This document shows positions 39,557 through 57,240 of a stretch of 64,000 bases of DNA, in pieces. This DNA comes from Adineta vaga (Eukaryota; Animalia; Rotifera). The stretch's first letter is position 1, and the number at the start of each line of letters is the position of its first letter. The position numbers and the translations under genes were made by a program. Location of the stretch: NCBI GenBank assembly GCA_021613535.1, contig CP075492.1, positions 7,006,001 through 7,070,000 on the forward strand. The letters run 5' to 3'. The notes below the pieces were generated by a model, which made no database searches, had not been told where the DNA came from, and saw only the letters and a list, made by a program, of their open reading frames with translations.

Positions 39557-40054
39557 ATGTTTCTCACTGTATCTGATCAATCAAGCACAGCACTTCATCT
39601 ACTTTTACGTATAAATAGGAATTATACAATCTTTTGGTTCATTCTCGAAATAGTTCTATTTATTTTTAAATATTATCATTTAACTTATGGTACCAATGCA
39701 TTTGGTGTAGAAATGGCAATCATATTTATGTTATGTTTCAATGAATTTATTCGACAATTTTTTGGTATTAAAGGAAATTTAATGCTTCAAACAAGTCTTC
39801 TAATTCTCTTTATTGTCTATGGTATTTTTTGTATAGTTGGCTTTATTTTCTTTCTGGTTTTACAATCCTATATTCAACGTGTGGAAATTCTTCTTTCAGG
39901 AATTGGTTTAGCATTAATTTTAGTTGAAATTTTACTTAGTATTATAACAATTATTCGTAATAGTCGAGCAATGCCTGTTTTAACAAACGAACAAAAAGTT
40001 GAACGAATGCAACAAGCAACCTTACGATTGAAATCATCGAAAAAAACAGAATAA
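39557..40054 (+). CDS. TMEM216/TMEM80/TMEM17-family ciliary transition-zone membrane protein (exact 5' end uncertain)
   Basis: SSTAL..LL..N..Y...WFILE...F.FK...L.Y; E.IR.FFG.KGNL; LQSYIQRVE; four hydrophobic segments. Confidence 0.8.
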   Translation: MFLTVSDQSSTALHLLLRINRNYTIFWFILEIVLFIFKYYHLTYGTNAFGVEMAIIFMLCFNEFIRQFFGIKGNLMLQTSLLILFIVYGIFCIVGFIFFLVLQSYIQRVEILLSGIGLALILVEILLSIITIIRNSRAMPVLTNEQKVERMQQATLRLKSSKKTE

Positions 40055-40483
40055 TATACATTCTTATAGAATTAGATCGTTAGAAGAAAATTTTGTGCAT
40101 AAAATCAATGAAATATTTCATTGACAACGAACAATGGAGATTACTATTATGGTTCACATAATATGTTAGACTCTTTGTTTTGAAAATAACATCTATGTAA
40201 CAATACAAGTCTGTTTTTCTTGCATTGATGTGAAAATAAAAGCTTCAAATGCATTGTTTTGTACGTTCACTCTCGATAGTGTAGGTAAAAGGAATCCGAC
40301 GAATCATAGATCTTATCTGGTTTCTATAGTTATATATGTGATGATATTAAAGACACATGTACAAAGAAAAAGAAAAAAAAAACAATTTCAATTTTGTCAA
40401 TAAAGAAAGAAAAACAAATGTACAGAAGAAACGTTTTTGTCGTTCACAAATTATTCAAACACTAAAATAAATCAGAAGAAAAT

Positions 40484-42963
40484 TTAAGCTGAACTCGAAT
40501 CCGATTCGATTGTAGGAATTAATTCATCATTGTGTTTCTTCGTTCGTTTACTTCCACTTTCATTATGTATTTCAGCTGCATGTTTTTTTCGCCATTTCGT
40601 ACGTCTAAAAAAATAAATCAATGATATTCAATAACAAAATGGATCAAATCAAAATTACCTATTTTGAAACCAAACCTAAAATAGAATCAATAAAAAAAAT
40701 ACTTGAATAACTTTTAGAAGAAATCACTAATTCTTACTTTAACCTGTGCTTCACTCATCGATAATTGTGAAGCAAGTCGTGAACGTTCTGTTCCGGCTAA
40801 ATATTTTGTATTTTCAAACATTTTTTCTAACGCAAAAATTTGATGACCAGTAAATGTCGGTCGACTACTTTTACGTTTCATATCTTTCAATGATTCATTT
40901 CCATTAACCATTGCCGAATAATGTGCTGCTTGAGAATTATCAATCGGAACACCTAAATAAAGATTTGTTTATAGGAAAAAGCAATTAGAATTCACGCTTT
41001 ATTGATAACCTTTAGTGAAGAGATGAAAATATAAACATACTTCAGAATGAGCTCGAGAAAGAAGAAAAAAGATTATTCAAAACGAAAGACGTGTGTATGC
41101 ACGTCGGTTCACACATTGATGATGCCATTGTCTGTCAAATGCATCTAAACATCGATCTTATTTTTTCGAGTGGATGCACTTTTGACTGTGTTTGATGACA
41201 ATTTCATGGTGTACCGCAGCAAAAATCACATGTCCATCGATCATCATAGATCTGATTAGTAATTAAATAATGACAGTGAAAGAAAAAGTGAAGAAAAGTT
41301 CTTGATCATAGGTCATTCGTTTTTATTCATTTAGTGTGCATCTACCTTACCATTAAAATGATGTCATATACATTTCTCCTCTATTTTAATGGTGTATATG
41401 TCAATACGTAATGATCATTTACCTTCGATAATATTAATTTTTCTTTCGCAAACAATATAGACATGCAATCAAGCGTGTTTTTAATATATCAAATTATGTA
41501 TACGAACATGGATTTGTGACTTTTTCAATATTTCATTCAAATGTGACATCATGATGGAATGTATATATAGATATATATTTTCATTCGCAAACTCAATCAA
41601 TCGGAAAAGAAAAGAACTGAATAGTTAGTACTTTTTTTTCTTCTAAGATAAATCAAAATTGACCACATGATTTTTGTTTAGTTTCTATGGTTCATTGATA
41701 AAATGTTGAAAGATCGATATTCTTTCAAGAACGGAAGCGGCATATGACACAATATCATATGCATCCATTTCTTATTTTGCTTTTTTTTCTCCTTTCACAA
41801 GATGTTTCGGCTCATTGCTTTTACCTTCTGGACTCTTTTGATCAATTAATCTTATTTTTGTTTTTTTCTCCTCTATCACGAATATTATGTGTTATTTATT
41901 CGTAAGAAAAAGTGTCATTTGCTGCTCATTAAATATGTGTTGATCTCATTAAAAAAAGATTCTTGCACGCATGTATCATATATCGAAGGTGTTTAATAGG
42001 GATAGAAATGAAGGTTTGACGAAAGTGTCAACAAATCAATTGAGCAACGCTACATCGATATGTCTATTCGTCACACTTAAGAAAACAATGATCTGTAATC
42101 GAGTGCCATTCGATTTTACAAAATGTCATTTGTATTTCTATGACAAATTCTCACTCTCAAATGTTTGAATTGATAGATGAAGCTGAATGTGACACTTGAT
42201 GAAAAAACGGAAATATCTTGTCATGAATTTTTTGTATTGCATAAAAAACGAGCTCAAGCAGATGTAATATGTCGGCGACAAATAGTATAAATCATCCTTC
42301 CAATCATCGAATAACCATTAAGACATAGAATATGAATAGATCGATGATTATGTATATGAGGTATTGAGCAACCTCCTCCCCCTCCTTCTTCTTATTCTCT
42401 ATACAATAGGATGCCATAAATGAGTCTGATGTAAGAGAAGCAAGAAAACAGTAGTGGCTTTTTTGATTTTATTTCTATTTACCTTTTGTCCATAGAGCAG
42501 ACGGAGGAGAAATTGTTGTTTGTGCAATAGGTATTTGTGACCAATCATCTCGTTGAAGAAAATTATTTGTTGATGGATGATGATGATGATGATTTTGTTG
42601 AATATAATTAAATTGTGTTAGATTCAATGTAGTAGGATTTGAACGTGTTAAAAGAAAATCATTTGCTAATGGTGGTGAATTTTGTGAACTTGAACTACAT
42701 GGATTAGTATCGAAAAGGAGTTTATTTGGCATTGTTGATTGAATATAAGGATGTTTTTCTATTAAATTTCCACTATTTCCTGCTGTCGTTGGTGTTGTCG
42801 ATGATGATGATGAAGCGAAAAATGATGGTATAGAATTACCCGAAAACCAAAAATTTGGTTGATGTTGATTTGATGTTGTTGCTGTTGATAACATCATCTC
42901 ATCAATTGATGATGAATTTTCAATCGGAGTCGATGATATTGTCCAACAAGGTGGTAATAACAT
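40484..42963 (-). CDS. Nkx6: NK6-class homeobox transcription factor (Nkx6/HGTX)
   Basis: [39 protein letters not shown] / VWFQNR / [11 protein letters not shown]; ~1.5-kb first coding intron. Confidence 0.9.
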
Positions 42964-44011
42964 ACTAAAAAGAACAAATGAAATATTGATTTCATTATAT
43001 GAATATAGTGTTAATGACTTACTACAAATCAACTACAATATAAACTTCAATATATTGTCTCTTTTTCTTTCAAGTAATAGATGTTATTAGTTTTTAATAC
43101 TTCGAGGATGAAAGAGAAATATCTTTATGATTAGATTTCCGTTCGAACAATTAATCAAGTATTACTTGTCGTCGCGTTCCTCTAGACTGTTTGAGTATAT
43201 ATATGTGTGAATCGCTTTTCGATAGATATTTTCATTTGTTCTTTTCTCTTTCTCGTCCTACTCGTCGTCTTTTTTTTCTCTTTACACTCAATATACATGT
43301 ATACCAATCTTTTTCTTCTCTTCATACAAACATAGAGAACGGACCAATTTTTCATTGGTCATATTCTTTTGTATATTCCTATTCGTTCTTCAACAGAAAA
43401 GAGAATCTCAACGAAGATAACATCCTTTTAGTACTATCCCAAGAGACTATTTAGATTATGCAAATATATATTCTTGTTTAATATTCAGAACTATCGATCA
43501 AATTTTTTTCAAAAAAATAAAAAAAAGAGGAAGAGATTTTCTATTTTACATACAATCAGTAACAATTAATTGATGTATATGTTCTTTTCTCTAACATAGG
43601 GTGTATAAAATAAATGGTTTCATCTAGCAAACGAATCAAATTGCAATTATGTCCATCACTCGTCGTTTTCTCTCGTATAAACAAGGCAAAACGAGTGAGA
43701 GAGAAGAAGATATGTCCAAAGAAGAAAAAGAAAACGTTGTAAGTAATGAATGCAAAAGCAACATATATCATTAAATGTCTTTAATTGTTAATTTGAATAG
43801 GGATATATATATATATATTTCGTTTTTTTTCTCGAAGTATCATTCATTATAAAATAATTTCCTTGATTTTATTTATTAGTAATCAGATAAATACGTACGA
43901 TACGAATTTATTTTAAAATCAACGTTTGTTTATTAACCAGATATTTTAGATGAGAGAAAAAAGCGACTACCTATCTAACTACAATGGATAAAAGAGTCAT
44001 TGGATGAATTT

Positions 44012-44859
44012 TCAAGCCTTTTCATCTTGTAAGACTTTTTCTTTTAAACGCATGGAAACCACATGTGCTTGATCAAAATGTGGTTGAGTTTCTTTCTTGA
44101 CACGTTCCATCCAATCTTGAACACGAGGAAATTTTTCGGTATCATAATTATAACCCGCTGATATGGGTTGCATCATTTCACACACACCTAGAAAAGATTT
44201 CAAGTTGATATTCATCATCTATTTGTTCGATAGGAATTTACCAAGTAAATCAGAAATTGTGATGTGATTACCAGCTAAATATGGTGATCGTGTTAACCAA
44301 ATATTTTCAAGATGATCCGTTGATTCTTCCCATTTCTTTTGAGATTTTTCTAATTCTTTAGAACTTGGTGGTTTACCGGTAATACGAGGAATGATAATCT
44401 AAATCAACGATAGATTGATTCAAATAAAAATTGATATTTTTCTTCAAGTTTTTCTACTTTAGTACGAAAAAGTGTTGAACCACTTAAACGTAAATTTAAA
44501 TGTTGCCAATGATTATATTCATCCACACGTGTTCGTTCTTTTAATTCCATTGGATACCAATCATATTTTTTATGTTTAGTACAAAGATATGTTAAAATAG
44601 CCACACTGAAATAGATTTCATAGGTAATATTTCATTTTTCTATCAATCAGAAAAACTACCTTTCTGTAAGAACAAAACCAGAATCATCAATCACGGGTAC
44701 TTTTCGAAATGGATTTACCTGATTGAATTCATCAGTCATATGTTCAAGTTTTCTCAAAGCAACTTCTTTCGCTTCGTATGGAATACCTGTCATTTTCAGA
44801 AATATATACAAAGCTCGACATGGCTGAGACATTAAATCATAATAAAACTTTAGTGTCAT
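44012..44859 (-). CDS. GSTT: Glutathione S-transferase, theta class
   Basis: YYDLMSQPCRA, NPFRKVPVIDDSGFVLTES, RVDEY.HWQH, YLAGNHITISDL.GVCEMMQP. Confidence 0.93.
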
Positions 44860-45272
44860 CTGGAAATAACAGTAAATGTTAGATTAAAATTCTCCAAAAC
44901 TCAACGATTGATATCGATAGATGACTGAGGAAAGAAAAAAAAGTTCTAATTTAATCAAATAATAATTATTATTAAATTTCTCTTATTTAAACGGAAAAGT
45001 CAAAAATATACATAGATTGAATAAAAACAAACAAATTTTCTCTATCAGCACATAGACGTATTAATATCGACGAAAAATTTTGATCATACAATCTAATACT
45101 ATGAAAGGAGGAAAGCATTTGAATAATCGATTTTTTGGTTTTGTTCGAAATGAAAATTACAAGAGTGAAAGAAAAGAGAGAGAAAAAAAACACTAAAAGA
45201 AAAAAAGGCAAATGAGATCAGAAGAAAAAATTGAAAACTAAAACAATGAAGGCACTGATTTCTATTTGATTA

Positions 45273-48678
<3,406 letters not shown>

Positions 48679-49239
48679 TATCTTGAAGAAAAAAGAAAAG
48701 AAGAAAAGAAATGTCAATAGAGATGTCTGTGTATCTACATAGCATCGAAAAAGGCAACAAAAAATGAGATGGGAGAGGAGAGAGAGAGAGCAAGAGAGCA
48801 GAAGAAGAAAAAAAAGGTAGACATACACACCGTATAGACGATATTTTGTTTGTCCAGTTAACACAAACGAGAGAAAAATGAATGTGAAGGCAAGATGACT
48901 ACCGATGATGAGGAGTTGTTCGATACATACGAATGAGCAATGAACATGAGAACAGAATATTGATGATGATGATAGAGAACAAGTTATGAACAAAAAATCT
49001 CATCGACAATGTGCGATATCCTCTATTTGTTTTTTTAATAGAGTAGATGTCGCTATTCTTTGGCCTATTCGATCATTCATAAAGTATATATAATCATATA
49101 TATATATAAAAACGATTGATTGTTTAATGGTTTAAAAATATCAACCTGCTCTTAATTCAATCTCGGAAACATAAAGTATATGTTTGCATCAGTTTTACTA
49201 AATTTTGATTTTTAAAATTCAATATTTCAAAGTATTTTA

Positions 49240-51804
49240 TTACTGATATAAAAAATAATTAGAAAGCGAAAACTCAACATTGTTCGACTGTATAAACGTT
49301 TCCGTTCGAGTACATTGATGATTTGGATCGCTAGCTAAAAAATATGAAAAACATCTAGTTTAAATCAAGTTTGACAATAGGTCGCTACTACTCACTATAA
49401 TCTCCATAATTAATAAACGTATTTAGAAGTTCATATTCATCAAGACCATTATATGGATTGTGATTCAGTTCTATGGTTTTTGAAATACTTTTCTTTGAAA
49501 TCCTTACATGTAAACAATTTGGTAAGGGATATAGACTAGGACGTGAAGAAAACGAAATTTCTTTGTGCACTACACCACGAATTTCTGTTGGATCTAATAG
49601 ATGATCATTCAAATATACAACAAAGCCTAAACAAACAATATTCATACAAATAAAAATGTATCGACATTGAAACTTACCATCCTTTTCACTGTCAGTATTT
49701 AATGGTACAACAATTTTATTATTACCACATATGCACAACTGTTTTGGAGTTACTTGATGTTTATCAATAGCTAATAATGTGTTACTTTTACCTTGAAAAG
49801 AAATATAGATGATGGTGATATTGGCAAAGAGAAAGACATATTCAAATCACTTTCTTCGATCAATTCTGTTTCGATACAATTGGAAATGATTTCTAATTCT
49901 TGTTGATTTGTTCGTCGACTAAGAAAAATTCTAAGTTTACATAGTTTATACAATTGATTTTCAATCGACATATTTTCTTCTTCTTCTTCTTCTTCTTCGT
50001 CTTCTCTGTTGGTCATTAATAACTCATCATCGGTTTCTTCAACGTCACTCGAATCTTGTGCATTATCTGTACTAACAATATCATCACTGGTTTTACACAA
50101 GCCAAACATGATCATTTTTAAGCTAAAACAGAAAACGATCACATTATGTTCATCATGTTGATTAATAATAATAAATCTTACGTTTTTTTACGTTGATCAT
50201 ACTCATCTTTTGTAACACAATAAAGAATACTTCGAGCATTTTTATCAAATCCATACATATTGTTAATAATAAGATCGTCAAGTGTCAATGGACAAGTACC
50301 TCTTTTTCTTTTCTTTCCACATTCTACTCGTGATTTAACTTTTGTTTCAGGTGGTACTATAACTTTTTTTGGATGTGGTTTATTGTCATAAGTTACCAAC
50401 TGAACAATAACACACAAATCATTTGAACTGCAATTAATTCCTAGTGGCCACTAAATAAGAAAACAAATAGTTTCGTTTTCATAACATGTTTTTATTTCAA
50501 ATTTTACTTCTATAGTAATATAATGTCGTTGACCATTTCTTCCCTGAATAGCAGGACATTTTTTGTTTCTTAAACAGCGAATGTATCGAGTTTTCCATAA
50601 TTTTTGTGGTTGTTCAGTGATATTTAAATTAATTAAATTCAGTTCCGATGTTATTTGTTTTACACGTGAAAGTAATTGTGAAAGGGACGAGTTCATTCTG
50701 TCTAAATCAATATGTTTTGGGATAGACGATGTTGATAATATCACAGGCGCGGAATGTTGAATCTGATGATCAAAATGAGCACGATTAAGGTCACCTGGTA
50801 CTATATTCAGAAGGATATTTAATAACGAAAGAAAAATATTGAAACATAGTTACTTGATGTGTTTTTTTCTGTAGTTTCATATAATTCTTCTCCTGTCATA
50901 TACGTATTAATCGAATGATATGCTGGCCGAAAATATGGAAATGTAGAAATTCCATTGTCGAAAAGATTCGATAAAATGTCCATAGTTTCTTGAGGAGATA
51001 CATTGACACTTTGAGATATAGTGCTTCGAAGATTTTTTAAACGTTCTTCTGAAAAATAGATTTTATATATTTATTTACTATATTTTATATTATAACATAC
51101 TGCCGGTATTTGCAGGAATAGTCATATGAGCTAACTCTGATTTCGATTGATTGACCATTAGAGTTAGATCTCCGAGCAGTTGACAACAGTAATCGAAAGC
51201 AGTCATTTCTTCTTGCTCAGTGAATGTATTTTCTGAATGAAAATATATATTATTTTTAATGAAAAGTATTTTGTAATAAATATACCTTGGTTGATAATTG
51301 TATTTGTAGTCAAAGATGGTGATACCGAATTATTTTCAGATACATCATCTAAAATTATCAATATAATACAATATGATGTGATCTTGGATCGACTCACGGT
51401 GATTTTCTTTCATAGTATGAGAATTCCAATCGTTGTTTATTGTCGAATTTGCAGAGGTAAAAATCTGTTCTGATGGTTTACTTGTTTCATATGTATATGG
51501 ATGAGAAAAAAATGTGTTTGACGATTGATTATCATTATCTACAACTCCAAATGGATACGTATCAGAAAAAATAGCAGTTTCTCCATGTTCATGCACAATA
51601 GTTGAGGCCGTGTTGATTGCAAATTGTTCGTTATTTGAGCTTTTAAAAAGAGAGTATAAATAGGTAATATATTTAAGAATATAAATACCTTGAAATAGCT
51701 GCTGATGATGTCGGATTGAACTGAGGTAAACCCTCAGTTAGATAATCAATAATTTCGCGCATACGATGAATTTTATCATCATTTTGTCTGGCTCCGCAAT
51801 CCAT
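49240..51804 (-). CDS. Divergent Rel-homology-like + IPT/TIG domain protein, multi-exon
   Basis: LNITEQPQKLWKTRY and VIVQLVTYDNKPHP resemble the NF-kB RHD (ILEQPKQRGFRFRY; VIVQLVT...LHAH); LCKLRIFL; downstream VTPKQLCICGNNKIVV is IPT-like. Gene ends come from my splice reconstruction. Confidence 0.55.
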
Positions 51805-52423
51805 ATTATGCTTTGAGAATATTTCAAGAAACAATAGTTACAGGCGATACGAGTGAAAGTTTGTTTGAGAATGAAAAGAAAAGTATGCAATATAGTTTTT
51901 GTTCTGACTTTTTTTTTAAATCAACACATATTTATCCTACTCACTACTATTTTGACTAGGCAAAAGGAAAGACAAAAAATTTCACATGACGAGCGACACA
52001 CATTACAGCACTTTTTAGTTGACTCTCTGATATGGTCTATAAATTATACATAAATAAAAAATAAGTCGATAATTAATCATGAATACAAATCTATGGTTAC
52101 CTTAGTATTTCATAAAAAAGATTATAAATACTGAATGTTACTTTTTACGACTGTTTATCGAATTATATAATTACTTATCTTTAAACTACTGCATTTTAGC
52201 AAATAAACTTGTACTAAAAGATGACTGTCAAATTTACCTTTGTAATATTCTATAATTATGATTATTTTATTCATAAAAAAGCGATAATAGAGAAATATTG
52301 TCAGAAATTATCAAAACAAAAACACACACAGATTGATCACATCAAATTTCTCAACAAATTATCTAAATAATGTATTTAGATAGCATATAAACATAATTCA
52401 CAATGATATGATAAAAAAAGGAA

Positions 52424-53596
52424 TCAATGTTTATAATCACGTTTATGTTGTGGATTTTGTCGATAACATGATTTACCATATGGACATTGAGGTTTATCAT
52501 CATCATCATCATCATTATTATTAGTAGTAATATCGTCATTCTTATTGTCTTTATCATCTTCATAATCAGAGTCACCTGGATGAGATTCTTCTGTTCTATG
52601 AGCGGGATTCTTTCGATAACATGATTTACCATATTGACAACGTGAACGAGGTTTATCATTGGATTTTTCTAAATATAAAGTCTCATTGAACGCTGAATGA
52701 TATCAATAGTATAGCGTACTTTTTTTTGGTGTAACAGAATCAAAAGTTTCTCCATTATCACTATCGATAGTGTTTGATACAGATGTTGTACCTGATGTTG
52801 ATGCTTGTTTATCTGTAAAAATATAACATTATACGATAAAATGAATCAATAAGACTTACCAAGAGTAGTTGATGATTCGTTTGTATTACTAGATTTATCT
52901 TTCTCTTCACTCACTATATGGAAAGCTCTAGATTTTGTTTTTCAGCTTATCAAGACAAAAGACTCACATTTCCGTTTAACACTAGAATTGTTTGTATTAG
53001 AAGACGAAGAAGTTGATGCTGACATCCAAGTTGGTAGTTTACGTGATTGTTTATCTACATTGATTGATTCAGATTGACTCTGAAATACAGTCGTAGAGCG
53101 ATTAAAATAAAAGTGACGAGCATACATACTGAATCTTTGTCTTGTATAGATGGTTTTAACTCAACATCGGGTTTACTATCTGCATGATTCGAAGCATGTT
53201 CATTGACACCGTTATTCGTATTTTTCGAAATACTAATACGAAAGTAAAAACTTGTTGGTAATAAACCAACTTGATCACCATCTTTCAATTCTTGTTCAAC
53301 ATCTTTCGTTAAATGTGTTGTTTTTCCATTTAATGGTCGATAAAAGACAGGATTTATATGTGTAGGTTTAATCCAAAGTGTTTCATCTTTCTTTAATACT
53401 AATTCTGCATGTTGTCGAGAAATCTTTTTATCATTACACTATCGAAATAAAGAACAATTTCTACACAAATAACTTTACAACACATGCGTGTACATACACC
53501 TAACGACGATCCACGTCCAACAATAATCTTTTCATTTTCTTTTAGAACGATACTATTACCCTCAGAGATTGGTATAAGTTCTACTTTACAGGACAT
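52424..53596 (-). CDS. APLF: Aprataxin and PNK-like factor (FHA, Ku-binding motif, two PBZ fingers)
   Basis: FHA IIVGRG...DKKISRQHAEL...HINP; KBM RKLPTWM; PBZ CQYGKSCYRKNPAH...SH and CPYGKSCYRQNPQH...YKH. Confidence 0.88.
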
Positions 53597-53817
53597 TTTC
53601 GTTTTGTAATTTCAATGATATGATGAAAGATATCTCTTTACAAATATAAACTCTTTTTCAAAAAAAGAAGTTGACATGATGAAACAACATAGGTTTTTTA
53701 CTTCCTTCAATAGAAATCTTCAATAGAGGGGGTATGCTACCAAATAGATGATAAAAAAGCGTCTCTTTATAAAGATTAATTTATTGATCTATTTCTGGAA
53801 AAAAAGAATCGTTACGA

Positions 53818-55997
53818 TTAGATAGCAATAAATGTCTTTCTACGATACATAACGCCCGCTACAATAGTCCAAAATAGAACTCCATATAGATGCATAATCA
53901 TCAATTGCCAATGTCGTGTTTCTTCAACTTGAAATTGTATAGGAAACATTTTTGAACAAACTTCATGACCAACATAAACAACGATAGAATTCATGCCTAA
54001 CCATAAAAATGGTTCACCCGTAAACCAATTACAAACATCGACGAGTATATAAAGTATAGTTAGAATAATAAATGCTAAACCAGCTAAAACAAGTATAAAA
54101 CTAAGTGACCAAAGATTTTTATTGATTGGTATCCAACTGTCTGATTGTCCACCTTTAGATAAAGCTAAACCAATTGATCCGCAAAGAACACCAGAGATAA
54201 TCCAATGTGCACAAACACGACGAATACGTGTCGCATGTGCAAAACTATGGCCAGCTTGAACACCAAGATAACAAAGTAATGTTCCAGTTAAAATACCCAA
54301 AAGACCTACAATAAATAAACTATTATTTCGATTATCACTGTTTCTATTCCTATACCTTCAGGATCATATGGTACATGTGTATCATACACCCTTTTACATG
54401 TGGGACCATTATCGATATGTGACCGTCTTAAAATTAATCGATCAATATATCCAGCAATTCCTAAAAACGATTGATTCAACGAATTTGAATCGATCTTCGA
54501 TTTTCTTCATTTACCTCCAGTACAATTTTCATATCGACCATAATAATGTTTTCCTCCAGGACCTAAATAACCTCTTGGACACTTCTCAAATTCTGGAATA
54601 AAAGTAATCAAAAGCCATGCTAGTGTAATTAATGCGATAAACACCCATTGTGGCCAAAAGTGAAATAATGTATTTGATAATTCTATTCGTAATTTTTGAT
54701 GAACATCATTACCTTAATGAAGACGTTTTCTTTATTAGAACTTGTACTTTTTCAATAATAAAACTTACCTATTGGCCATTCAGATGAATACGGTTCGTCT
54801 TCGGTATCATCAAAAATCAATACAACGATTGCTGCAATAAAATAGCATACTGCTAATCGTTGAAGAACTCCAAAAATACGGATATGAACCCATCGTTCAT
54901 TGCCACCTTGTAACATTAAACCTAAAACGAATAGTACTATAGTTCGTTGACATATTTTAAAGAAAATTGTTGTTTTTCGTAAATTTTTTGCTCGAAGCGA
55001 TCGTTGAGAAAGTACAATCGATACACCCATCATCCAAGTAAACCATGGGAAAACCATATCAGCCAATGTTAAACCGTTCCAAACTATGGACAAAAGAAAC
55101 AATCATGCATCAATCTTCAATATAACTTACTGGAATGCTTGAAAAACGGATAACCAGCACCTTAGAAAACAAAAGATATGCAATGAAGTAAAATAATATA
55201 CATGTATATAAAATCCTACCTCCATAGTTAACAAAAATCATCACCATTAATGAAAATCCTCGAAATGTATCCAATGAACGTAATCGTTTTGGTAGAACTT
55301 TTGTTATTCGAATAGAATTATTTGATAGTCGAGTTGATCCCACTAATGGTAATTCACTTCCTGTTGAAAGTGTATTGATAATATCATCATTTGGATCGTT
55401 AACAATTGCTGTAGAACTTTTTGGTAATGAAATAGTAAAATCTTTAGTTGATACTGATTGAAATCGATTTGGTAGTAATCGAGCACAACATGAACTTTGT
55501 GAAATACGTTGCCATAATTGAACGAATACAATAAATGCAAGTACAGTTCCCATTCCAATGATTAAAGGCAACCAATAATAACTTCCTTCTTTTGTCTGAC
55601 TTATCTTACAAGAAAATGCAGTGTCATTTTTAACTTCAAGTACATATGATGCATGTTCGGCAAATTTGTATGTGTCTATGTGACATGGTAATGTTTCATT
55701 TGTTACCGCCGAAATAACTTGAATATCTTGAGCATAGGTTGTACTAACTATCACTGTTTTATTGTCATTCGACTCTGCAACCGAATTATCCATAATTGTG
55801 AAATTACATTTTTCACACACAACTAAATTATATTGAATTTGAATTGGAAGAGAATCGATTCTATTAATGATAGTTAGATATGCTTCATCCATACTCAATG
55901 GATCTAACCAATCCTCAGTGATCTGTGTATAACCGCATGGAAGAAATGTTTGTATTATAAATATCATAATCCATAGATGATGAAATGATTTATACAT
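53818..55997 (-). CDS. HGSNAT: Heparan-alpha-glucosaminide N-acetyltransferase
   Basis: RLRSLDTFRG...MIFVNYGG, WNGLTLADMVFPWF..MMGVS, RIFGVLQR, CPRGYLGPGG, YDPEGLLG, PINKNLWSLSF, GMNSI..YVGHE. Confidence 0.95.
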
Positions 55998-56420
55998 TGA
56001 AGAAGTTGTCAAAAAAGAAGAATAAATGATTATCTAACAGCAGTCACCTTTGAAACTCGTTTATATTAAAAGAAAAAACAAACGATGGGTGCCCACCTAT
56101 TTCAAAGTCAACAATCTTCGCCCATTCTATGATATTCTTATCAGTTTCTTTTAATGCAATCGAAAAACACATTCATAGTTCTTTGAAGCAACAATGCATG
56201 GTTTATATTCTTATGATAGAAGGAAACATTAAGGCAACTGAAATGTTCTTGAATATAATACCCAAATTTATTCTTTTTCTTTCGTACAAAAACACGATGG
56301 ACAATTATTTTTGTGTGTAGAACAAGAAGAAAAGAGAGAAAGGAAACAATCTAAAAGTGCTGTTTCGCAATGATATTCTTAAACGTTAATTGGGAAAAGA
56401 AACCAAAAAAAAAATCTATT

Positions 56421-57240
56421 TCACGAGAAATTACTGGGCCCAGACGATTGTCCAGGAGAAGAACTGAAAAACTGAGGAATTGAAAGATCAACTTTGCCTT
56501 TTTCAAGATCAGGTGGAGCTTCTAAAAAATGATATTGATAAATATTCAATAGCAAAAAGAAGGAGCAAATGTTATTTTACCTTCCATTCCAGGTTGTGGC
56601 ATAAACATTTGACTATATCGATTAATCAATATACCTGTTCCTTCAATCATTGCAAGAATAAATCCACCGATGACGGCTGAGCCCAGCATTGCTCCTGGTC
56701 CCTCTAAAATCATCATACAATTTTGTAACCAAGTTCAAGCACATCCTACTTACGTCGAGCTTGTAAAACGGCTCCAGTGACTGCTCCACTAATAATCGAA
56801 TTCCATGGGTCTTCTTTCTTTCTCATATAAACAAAACTACAATCAACCAATGAGAAGATACATCCCCATGCACTAAAGGATGCTAGAAAAAAAACCAAAA
56901 CAAATATGAAGATCAAATCGTTTTGATTTTATAGAAACCATACCTCCTACACGTGGTGCTCGTTGTTTGACGGCATTCAAACTACCTAATAAACGTCGAT
57001 ATTGACCCTATAATAAAACGAAAATCAAGAATTATAAATTTAATCTTTACATGCGAAAATAAATTTACACTGGGAGCATGACGAAATCCTTTAATTGAAT
57101 GGAAGAGTGTACCACCAATTGCACCTAATGCAAATGCACCACCACAATCATCCACAATACGCCAAGGACTAAATAGAATAAAACCTATTTCATGCATTTC
57201 TTATCATTATAATTTTATCATACCAAGGTTCTCGATCCAT
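56421..57240 (-). CDS. TIMM17: Mitochondrial inner-membrane translocase Tim17
   Basis: [50 protein letters not shown]. Confidence 0.95.

Noticed and set aside
40960-42470. Long non-coding stretch with ORF 41971-42168
   Set aside because: It is the Nkx6 intron; the ORF is antisense and featureless, and enhancers cannot be shown from sequence alone.
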